Shown one piece after another: positions 1 through 7,150 of a stretch of DNA of 64,000 nucleotides. Location of the stretch: the NCBI GenBank assembly GCA_029011315.1, contig JAQXLA010000019.1:50569-114568 (forward strand), in the 5' to 3' direction. Source of the stretch: Desulfovibrionaceae bacterium. GTDB taxonomy: Bacteria; Desulfobacterota; Desulfovibrionia; Desulfovibrionales; Desulfovibrionaceae. How positions within the stretch are numbered: the stretch's first letter is position 1; each line of letters opens with the position of its first letter. The notes under the pieces are model-generated. The model saw only the letters and a list, made by a program, of their open reading frames with translations, searched no databases and was not told the DNA's origin. The translations under genes and the position numbers were made by a program.

Positions 1-38
1 TTTTACAGCGCTTCTTAACCGTTAATTGTGAGGCTAAC

Positions 39-830
39 ATGAGTCTTTCCATCGTTGTCATGGGGGCCGCAGGCCGTATGGGATCGGCTATCGCCCGTCT
101 GGCTGCAGAACAGCATATCTGCATCGCCGCCGTTCTTGAACGATCCGAGCATCTGGATGCGCTGTCTTCCTTCTCCTGTCTGAAAGGCAGCGATCCCGCT
201 GAAATTCTTCCTCAGGCAAAGGGATCTGTCGTAATCGATTTTACTGCTCCGGAAGCGACCATAAATACAGCCAGAATTGCCGCGGAAAACGGCAATCCCA
301 TGGTCATTGGAACGACAGGACTGTCTGCGGAGCAGCTTGCAGAACTGGACAATCTGGCCGAAAAAACCCCCATGTTCCGATCCCCCAACATGAGCATTGG
401 CGTAAATGTTCTGCTCGATATTTTGCCGCGTCTGGTGAAGCTGCTCGGCCCCGCCTATGATCTGGAATTAACGGAAATTCACCATCACCATAAAAAAGAC
501 TCTCCCAGCGGTACGGCTCTCCGTCTCGCGGAATGTCTTGCCGAAGCCCGCAGCTGGAAGCTTGAAGACACCGCATGCTGCGGCAGAGAGGGCATCATCG
601 GAGCACGTCCTCAAAAACAGATTGGCATTCAGGCTGTACGCGGCGGCGATGTGGTCGGCGTTCATACCGTCTACTGCCTCGGTCCTGGAGAACAGATTGA
701 AGTTACGCACAGGGCGCAATCCCGTGACAATTTTGCTCAGGGAGCCCTGCATGCCGCATCCTGGCTTTACGGACAGCAGTCTGGGCGCATGTATTCCATG
801 CAGGACATTCTCAACGAACGCGAAAACTAA
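39..830 (+). CDS. dapB: 4-hydroxy-tetrahydrodipicolinate reductase
   Basis: N-terminal GAAGRMG Rossmann motif, VIDFT, GTTG, EIHHHHKKDSPSGTAL and RGGDVVGVHTV motifs. Confidence 0.96.
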   Translation: MSLSIVVMGAAGRMGSAIARLAAEQHICIAAVLERSEHLDALSSFSCLKGSDPAEILPQAKGSVVIDFTAPEATINTARIAAENGNPMVIGTTGLSAEQLAELDNLAEKTPMFRSPNMSIGVNVLLDILPRLVKLLGPAYDLELTEIHHHHKKDSPSGTALRLAECLAEARSWKLEDTACCGREGIIGARPQKQIGIQAVRGGDVVGVHTVYCLGPGEQIEVTHRAQSRDNFAQGALHAASWLYGQQSGRMYSMQDILNEREN

Positions 831-858
831 TCTCTTGCAATCAATAGGAGAAACTCAG

Positions 859-1656
859 ATGAATGAATGCTCTGACAGGCTTCGTGCACATCTGGTGCGC
901 GGCATTCGCGAATTCGCTCGGAACAACGGTTTTTCCGATGTTGTGATCGGTCTTTCCGGCGGTATTGATTCCGCGCTGGTTGCCGTCCTTGCTACGGAGG
1001 CCTTGGGTGCAGAACATGTTTTCGGAGTACTGATGCCGTCGCGTTTTTCCAGCAGGGGCAGCGTGACTGATGCGCTCTGTCTGGCGGATAATCTGCGGAT
1101 CAGGACAGTTACTGTGCCCATTGAGCCCGTTCGACTGGCCTTTGAACAGGCATTAGCACCGTCATTTGCCGGAATGGATCCGGATGTTACCGAAGAAAAT
1201 CTTCAGTCGCGCATCCGCGGCGTCATTCTGATGGCGCAATCCAATAAGTTCCACAGGCTTCTGCTCGCTACGGGAAACCGTTCGGAAATTCTGACGGGAT
1301 ACTGCACCCTGTACGGAGATACCTGCGGCGGTCTGGCTCCAATTGGAGCTTTGTACAAAACAGAAGTTTATGCCCTTTCACGGCATATCAACCAATCCTG
1401 CGGAACAGACATCATTCCGCAAGCCATTCTCTTGAAGGCTCCTTCAGCCGAACTTCGCCCGGATCAGACTGATCAGGATTCTCTTCCGCCGTATGAAATT
1501 CTTGATCCTGTCCTTCGCCATTTAACCGGCGAGGAAGATGAATCCCCCAAAGCAGAAACGCTCTTTGACAGGGAAACCATCGACCGCGTCCGCACACTGA
1601 TGGCTCGCGCCGCGTTTAAACGCCGCTATCTTCCGCCGGTTATCGAAAGAGACTGA
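859..1656 (+). CDS. nadE: NAD+ synthetase (synthetase domain only, no glutaminase domain)
   Basis: GLSGGIDSA PP-loop, ENLQSRIRG, TGNRSE, GYCTLYGD, PSAELRPDQ motifs; AGGAG at 845-849 places the start at ATG 859, not at the ORF-track start 538. Confidence 0.93.
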   Translation: MNECSDRLRAHLVRGIREFARNNGFSDVVIGLSGGIDSALVAVLATEALGAEHVFGVLMPSRFSSRGSVTDALCLADNLRIRTVTVPIEPVRLAFEQALAPSFAGMDPDVTEENLQSRIRGVILMAQSNKFHRLLLATGNRSEILTGYCTLYGDTCGGLAPIGALYKTEVYALSRHINQSCGTDIIPQAILLKAPSAELRPDQTDQDSLPPYEILDPVLRHLTGEEDESPKAETLFDRETIDRVRTLMARAAFKRRYLPPVIERD

Positions 1657-1663
1657 CGCTTCC

Positions 1664-1699
1664 AAGGCGTATGGATCTTCTGATTCCGTACGCCTTTTT
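1664..1699. terminator. Intrinsic terminator between convergent nadE and YHS gene
   Basis: AAGGCGTATGGA (1664-1675) pairs with TCCGTACGCCTT (1685-1696), with one G-U pair, followed by a T-run. Confidence 0.75.
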
Positions 1700-1948
1700 C
1701 TATTTCTTCAATCCTTTCAGGAACGCATCCCGACAGTCATAACTGCAAAAAACATACAGTTTTTCGCCATCGCGCACACGGATGGGTCCATCTGCATCCA
1801 CATATACGCCGCATACAGGATCTTTTACCAGATTTCCCGTATGCGGATCGGTCTTGACCTCAATGTTTTCAGCATCCTTTTCTTTTCTATGGCGAAAAAG
1901 TGTCCAAACGGCATAGCCGACAGCTATCAAGAGAAGAAGTCTGATCAT
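1700..1948 (-). CDS. Small membrane-anchored YHS/TRASH-domain protein
   Basis: Hydrophobic N-terminus, then KDPVCGVYVD...YVFCSYDCRDAF, the Cys pattern of YHS/TRASH domains. Confidence 0.8.
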   Translation of the reverse strand: MIRLLLLIAVGYAVWTLFRHRKEKDAENIEVKTDPHTGNLVKDPVCGVYVDADGPIRVRDGEKLYVFCSYDCRDAFLKGLKK

Positions 1949-1958
1949 AAGAATCTCC

Positions 1959-2501
1959 TTAGGGCTGACGAATCACATCATCTTCAAGAGTATACTCCAA
2001 GGCTTCCAAAGCGGACCGGACATCGGAACCATCGGGAAATCTCAACTCAGAATCCGCTTCATGAAGCGGCACAAGAACAAAGGCTCGCTCTTTGATGCGC
2101 GGATGAGGCAGAGTCAAAAAATCGCTTTCCATACAGACATCGTCAAACAACAGCAAATCCAGGTCAATAACCCGAGGACCGTAGCGCCGTCCGCTGCGAA
2201 TGCGCCCCAACCCGATTTCCAGATCCAGAAGTATACGCAAAAAACGTTCCGCTGTCATGAAGGAAGGCAGAGAAAGACAAAGCACCCGGTTGAAAAACCA
2301 CGGCTGATCCTTCACCAGCTGCGGCTCAGTACGGTATACGGACGATGATTTTTCAATACGGACATTTTTCAGACTGGCAAGAGCCTGTTCCGCTCGCTGG
2401 AGCTGAAAAGCCGGATTTTCCTGATTGGATCCCATGCAGATCCAGGCCAGATGCCGTTCACCGTTTGCGCTTCCCTGCTCCATGCTGTATGATTCGGACA
2501 T
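1959..2501 (-). CDS. folK: 2-amino-4-hydroxy-6-hydroxymethyldihydropteridine diphosphokinase
   Basis: ICMGSNQ, SSVYRTEP, QPWFFNRV, RYGPRVIDLDLLLF, LTLPHPR..ERAFVLVPL motifs; GGAGG (2513-2509) lies 7 nt upstream of ATG 2501. Confidence 0.93.
   Translation of the reverse strand: MSESYSMEQGSANGERHLAWICMGSNQENPAFQLQRAEQALASLKNVRIEKSSSVYRTEPQLVKDQPWFFNRVLCLSLPSFMTAERFLRILLDLEIGLGRIRSGRRYGPRVIDLDLLLFDDVCMESDFLTLPHPRIKERAFVLVPLHEADSELRFPDGSDVRSALEALEYTLEDDVIRQP
2465..2493 (+). promoter_or_regulatory. Putative sigma70 promoter for xerD, inside the folK 5' coding region
   Basis: TTGCGC-N17-TATGAT. Confidence 0.5.
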
Positions 2502-3432
2502 GAACAATCCTCCGAAAAACAATACCGCCATGGCACTCATTGCCGCATGGCTTGATGAACTCATAGCGGAACGAGGTCTTTCACGCAATACCGCTGAAGC
2601 CTATGGTCACGACATGACCGAACTCGTGGCCTTTCTCGAAGAATCAGAACTGCGTCTTGATGAAGCAGATGAAGACGATCTCATTCTTTTTGCGGCATGG
2701 ATGCGCATGCGCGGCTGCGGAGACCGCACGCTTGCCCGCAGGCTTTCTGCTATGCGTCAATTTTTCTCCTGGGCTGCAGAACGCCGGGCTGTCCGGCGCA
2801 ACCCCGCTCAATTTCTCGAAAATCCCAAACTGCCCATTCTTCTTCCGGATGTTCTGAGCGTTGAAGAAATCCGCAGAATCATCGAAGCTCCTTCTGAAAA
2901 AACGCTTCTCGGCAAAAGAGATCGCGCTGTTCTTGAAACGCTGTACGCCGCCGGACTGCGCGTTTCCGAATTGCTCAGCCTCACGCCTGCGGACATTGAT
3001 CCGGATCGCGGGCTGGCAAAAGTTATCGGCAAGGGCAACAAGGAACGCCTTGTTCCTCTGCATGAAAAAGCCGTTCACATTCTTGCCGCCTATATCAGGG
3101 ATGTCCGCCCTCTTTTTTCTCCAAAAGATCGCACAGTATTTCTGAACCGTTCGGGAAAGACGTTATCCCGTCAGGCCGTCTGGAAGCTTATCCGGCGCTA
3201 CGCCCTTGTCGCCGGCGTTGACAAAACCGTATCTCCTCACTCATTCCGTCATGCCTTTGCCACGCATCTGCTCGAGGGCGGCGCGGATCTCCGATCCGTT
3301 CAGATTCTGCTCGGCCATGCGGATCTGGCTGCGACAGAAATTTACACCCATGTTCAGGCTGAACGGCTCAGGGAAGCCCATCGCCGCTATCATCCCCGTT
3401 CATCCGTATCAAAGGAATATCAGTCTTCATGA
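2500..3432 (+). CDS. xerD: Site-specific tyrosine recombinase XerD
   Basis: GLSRNTAEAY..D N-terminus; catalytic R (GLRVSEL), K (GKGNKERLVP), HSFRHAFATHLLEGGADLRSVQILLGH and TEIYTHV; start 2500 (alternative 2530). Confidence 0.93.
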   Translation: MNNPPKNNTAMALIAAWLDELIAERGLSRNTAEAYGHDMTELVAFLEESELRLDEADEDDLILFAAWMRMRGCGDRTLARRLSAMRQFFSWAAERRAVRRNPAQFLENPKLPILLPDVLSVEEIRRIIEAPSEKTLLGKRDRAVLETLYAAGLRVSELLSLTPADIDPDRGLAKVIGKGNKERLVPLHEKAVHILAAYIRDVRPLFSPKDRTVFLNRSGKTLSRQAVWKLIRRYALVAGVDKTVSPHSFRHAFATHLLEGGADLRSVQILLGHADLAATEIYTHVQAERLREAHRRYHPRSSVSKEYQSS

Positions 3433-6143
3433 ATACCGATTCCGCCTCGCCCCGCACAGTCATTACCTGTCATGCCAACGCTGACTGGGATGCTCTGGCT
3501 TCTCTTATCGGAGCTTCTCTGCTGTATCCCGATGCCATTCTGTTTTTTCCCGGAAGTATGGAACGACGCATCAATGAGGCGGTGCATGGATCGCTTGGCA
3601 AGCGTTTCCAGCTTCAGACCGGCAAAGACATCGATTGCACCAACATATCACGTCTTGTCATCGTCGATACACGAAAAAAATCCAGGGTGCGTCATCTCCT
3701 TGATCGCTTTGCAGAACATCTGCCCCCCATCATCGTCTGGGATCACCATTTGGCAGAAAAGAATGAAAACACTGAATCATTCATTCAGCCAGCCGAAAGC
3801 CATATTCGCCGCACGGGCGCAACAGTCACGCTGATTTGCGAAGAGCTGTTCCGGCGCGGCATTATTCCGGATCCGGAAACAGCAACCTGGCTTGGTCTGG
3901 GGCTCTACAGCGATACAGGCCTTTTTCTCCATCCCTGCACAACACCTGAAGATTTTGCCGCTGCGGCACAACTTCGGGCATACGGCATGGATCCGGCCGA
4001 AATTGAACCTCTTGTGCGTACAGAAATCACTGATGCACAAATTCACATGCTGAGTGAACTTCTGGAATCTGCGGAAATTTATCATGTCGGAGGCAGTACG
4101 GTCTGCATTGCCTCCGCTTCAACGGATGTTTTCATTGACGATATTGCCGCACTCAGCCGACAGATCCTGGACATCAAGGGGACTGACGCGGCTTTTATTC
4201 TCGCCGATATGACAAGCAAAACGCAGGTGATCGCCCGCAGCCTTTCCAAAGATGTAGATGTCGGCTCTGTCTGCCGGGAACTTGGTGGTGGAGGGCATGC
4301 CGAAGCGGCCTCTGCCTCAATAGGCGACATTCCTTTGCCGGAGCTGAAAGATCGGCTGATTCGTCTGCTGTCCGCCCGATCCAGTCCGCAAAAAACAGCC
4401 ATGGAATTGATGACCTCACCGCCTGTGGGGCTTCACGACTCAACGACAATTGAAGAAAGCGCGGCGATCATGAACCGCTACGGGCTGAAAGCAGCTCCTG
4501 TCTTTGCCTCAGGTACACGGCACTGCATCGGGCTGATCGAAAACCGCACTGCTGCCCTTGCCGTCGCGCATGGACTGAATCAGCAGTCTGTATCCGACTA
4601 TATGCAGGCTGAAGTACGCTGCGTTCCCCCTGATGCTCCGCTGCAAAAACTTCTGGAAATCATTATCGGCGCAGGACAGCGGCTCGTCCCCGTTATCGAC
4701 AGAGGAGAAACACTGGGGGTCGTAACGCGAACAGACCTTGTCCGGCTTTTTTCCGAAGATCCGGCAGAATTGTCCGCCGCACAGAAAATTCCAGTAAGGG
4801 AACGCAATATTTCCGGCATTCTCACCACACATCTGCCGGAAAAAATTCTTTCCCTGCTTCGATCTGCCGGTTCGCTTGGAGATTCCAGAGGACAAAAAGT
4901 CTACGCTGTAGGCGGATTTGTCCGGGATATTTTACTCAATCGTCCGGCATCAGCTCTCGATGATGTGGATCTGGTCGTAGAAGGTGACGGCATCGCCTTC
5001 GCAAAGGCATTCTCTATACAGCTCGGAGGACGGGTGCATGAACACCGCACGTTCATGACGGCACGTATTTCCTACAGCAATGAAGACGGTTCCGAAGCAC
5101 ATATCGATGTGGCAACCGCCCGTCTGGAATATTATCCCTGCCCGGCTGCTCTGCCCACTGTGGAACTTTCATCCATCAAAATGGATTTGTTCCGCAGAGA
5201 TTTCACAGTCAACGCCATGGCGCTGCGTCTGAATGCCAACCGCTTCGGCGACATAGCCGATTTCTTCGGAGGCATGAGCGATCTCAGGAAACGCAATCTG
5301 CGCGTGCTTCATTCTCTCAGCTATGTGGAAGATCCGACGCGCATGCTCAGAGCCGTCCGGTTTGAACGGCGCTATCATTTCCGCGTTGGATCTCAAGGAG
5401 AAAAGCTCATCAAAAATGCTCTGAGCCTCGGCATTATGGAACGCCTTGCCGGCTGGCGCATTCTGCATGAATTGGAACTTATCTTCCGTGAAAACAATCC
5501 TGTTTCCTGTCTGGACAGACTCCATGAACTTGGCATTCTCGAAGCCGTTCATCCTGAATTGCGCCTGACTCCTGAAAGGCGATCCGTCCTTCTCTCCCTG
5601 CTCAATGTTCTCAGCTGGTATCGCAGGCTGTATCTTCCGGAAATACCCGATGAAACCATGCTGTGGCTGACAGCCCTCTGCAGCGGACTTTCAACACAAA
5701 AAGCTTCATCAGTGCTGCATCGTCTGGAATATTCCGAAGCCAATATCGGCAGGATGCTCTCACTCAGAAAAAGCGTCAGGGAAACTATTTGCCTGATTCG
5801 GGAGGAGATCGAAAAAGATCGACCCCGCATCAGCCATTTCCATGCCATACTTTCCAATCTATCTCTTGAAGCATGTCTGTATCTGACTGCCCGCAATGAA
5901 AATGAAGAGATCAGCAAAACCGTTTCCAAATATCTTTATGCCTGGAAACGAACCCGCATCGATCTCAACGGCAGGGATCTGCAGCATATGGGGCTCCCCC
6001 CAGGTCCACAATGCGGTGCTGTGCTCAGACGTCTTCTCGAAGCGAAACTTGACGGAGAAGCGGAAACTCGAGAGGAGCAAACGGCTCTGGCTCAAAAACT
6101 GATCCGTGAGGCTCAAAAAAACAAACAGAGACAAAATTTTTAA
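3429..6143 (+). CDS. tRNA nucleotidyltransferase (A-adding/CCA type) with N-terminal DHH-DHHA1 and tandem CBS domains
   Basis: HANADWDA, IVDT, WDHH, GLYSDTG and GGGGHAEAASA (DHH/DHHA1); CBS pair; VGGFVRD, DVDLVVEG, DVATAR.EYY, RRDFTVNAMA and EDPTRMLRAVRF (class II NTase); ATGA overlap with the xerD stop. Confidence 0.88.
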   Translation: MNTDSASPRTVITCHANADWDALASLIGASLLYPDAILFFPGSMERRINEAVHGSLGKRFQLQTGKDIDCTNISRLVIVDTRKKSRVRHLLDRFAEHLPPIIVWDHHLAEKNENTESFIQPAESHIRRTGATVTLICEELFRRGIIPDPETATWLGLGLYSDTGLFLHPCTTPEDFAAAAQLRAYGMDPAEIEPLVRTEITDAQIHMLSELLESAEIYHVGGSTVCIASASTDVFIDDIAALSRQILDIKGTDAAFILADMTSKTQVIARSLSKDVDVGSVCRELGGGGHAEAASASIGDIPLPELKDRLIRLLSARSSPQKTAMELMTSPPVGLHDSTTIEESAAIMNRYGLKAAPVFASGTRHCIGLIENRTAALAVAHGLNQQSVSDYMQAEVRCVPPDAPLQKLLEIIIGAGQRLVPVIDRGETLGVVTRTDLVRLFSEDPAELSAAQKIPVRERNISGILTTHLPEKILSLLRSAGSLGDSRGQKVYAVGGFVRDILLNRPASALDDVDLVVEGDGIAFAKAFSIQLGGRVHEHRTFMTARISYSNEDGSEAHIDVATARLEYYPCPAALPTVELSSIKMDLFRRDFTVNAMALRLNANRFGDIADFFGGMSDLRKRNLRVLHSLSYVEDPTRMLRAVRFERRYHFRVGSQGEKLIKNALSLGIMERLAGWRILHELELIFRENNPVSCLDRLHELGILEAVHPELRLTPERRSVLLSLLNVLSWYRRLYLPEIPDETMLWLTALCSGLSTQKASSVLHRLEYSEANIGRMLSLRKSVRETICLIREEIEKDRPRISHFHAILSNLSLEACLYLTARNENEEISKTVSKYLYAWKRTRIDLNGRDLQHMGLPPGPQCGAVLRRLLEAKLDGEAETREEQTALAQKLIREAQKNKQRQNF

Positions 6144-6183
6144 CCAGAGCGGCAAAAACAACGCTTTTTATGCGTCAAGATAC

Positions 6184-6212
6184 TTGCTCATAATGGCTCT
6201 GAAGTGTACAAG
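6184..6212 (+). promoter_or_regulatory. Possible sigma70 promoter for HIT-lapA
   Basis: TTGCTC-N17-TACAAG in the intergenic gap. Confidence 0.35.
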
Positions 6213-6248
6213 AAAATGAAGCTTTTTGAAAAAAGGACTGTTCTGCAT

Positions 6249-6749
6249 ATGTCTCAGCCGCTCTGGGCTCCATGGAGGATGGAATACATTCTGGGTGAAA
6301 AACCCGATTCCTGCGTACTCTGTCTTCCTCAACATGACACATCCCATGACGAAGAACGCCTGGTTCTGCACAGAGGAACTCACGCTTTCGTCATGATGAA
6401 CCGTTTTCCCTATAACAACGGGCACCTTATGGTGGCGCCTTTCCGGCATGTATCGGATTTGACGCTCCTTTCTCAGGACGAAATGCACGAAATTTCGGAT
6501 CTTCTGCAGATGTGCGCCGATGTTATCAAGGAATTCTCCAATCCGCAGGGGATCAATGTAGGCCTCAATCTCGGGGAAGCTGCCGGGGCCGGCATCCGCG
6601 ATCATCTGCATTTCCATCTTGTACCAAGGTGGAATGGTGATACTTCGTTTATGGCCGTGATGAGCGAAACGAGGGTCATTCCCGATCACATTCGCTCCAC
6701 GTATTCCAAACTTCAACCTCTGTTTGCCCGCCGGACAAACACCGATTGA
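6249..6749 (+). CDS. HIT-family hydrolase (Ap4A hydrolase/phosphorylase-like)
   Basis: LWAPWRMEYI, CVLC, MNRFPYNNGHLMVAP, GINVGLNLG.AAGAGI..HLHFHLVPRW histidine triad. Confidence 0.9.
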   Translation: MSQPLWAPWRMEYILGEKPDSCVLCLPQHDTSHDEERLVLHRGTHAFVMMNRFPYNNGHLMVAPFRHVSDLTLLSQDEMHEISDLLQMCADVIKEFSNPQGINVGLNLGEAAGAGIRDHLHFHLVPRWNGDTSFMAVMSETRVIPDHIRSTYSKLQPLFARRTNTD

Positions 6750-6759
6750 GGAGTCTCCT

Positions 6760-7086
6760 ATGCGTTATCTGAAAGTACTGCTCGCAGTTATCGTGTTCTT
6801 TGTGATCATTACCTTCTTCACCCAGAATCAGGAAGCCTTCTCCCAAGTCACTACGCTGAAGCTGAGCTTTCTCGATTACTGCAAGTTTGAATCTATTCCG
6901 CTTCCTTTCTATACTCTGCTGATTCTGAGTTTCGTTCTCGGCGGAATTCTTATTTTCCTGATGCTGATTGGCGATAAACTGGCTCTGGCCGGACGTCTGA
7001 GTGCGATGAAGCTGCGCGTGAGCACTCTGGAATCCCAGTTGAAGAAGTATCAGGAAGCCGCAGATTCGGTAAAAGAAAACAAGTAA
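6760..7086 (+). CDS. LapA-domain (lipopolysaccharide assembly protein A-like) membrane protein
   Basis: Two hydrophobic segments separated by F..QNQ, followed by a coiled-coil tail; GAGGAG RBS before ATG 6760. Confidence 0.7.
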   Translation: MRYLKVLLAVIVFFVIITFFTQNQEAFSQVTTLKLSFLDYCKFESIPLPFYTLLILSFVLGGILIFLMLIGDKLALAGRLSAMKLRVSTLESQLKKYQEAADSVKENK

Positions 7087-7150
7087 ATCGGCTTTTACAG
7101 CATAACGCCCGACCGCTTCTCCCCAAAGCTGCCGGGCGTTCAACATTTTT

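Noticed and set aside
538-858. N-terminal extension of the nadE ORF as a glutaminase remnant
   Set aside because: It overlaps dapB in another frame, has no nitrilase motifs, and the RBS points to ATG 859.
2500-3432. Tyrosine recombinase as a prophage or island integrase
   Set aside because: It has XerD-type motifs, sits among core genes, and has no att repeats or mobile cargo nearby.
7104-7140. Hairpin AACGCCCG/CGGGCGTT before mutS as a terminator or riboswitch
   Set aside because: An 8-bp stem with a large loop, no adjacent U-tract and no recognisable aptamer motif; too weak to call.
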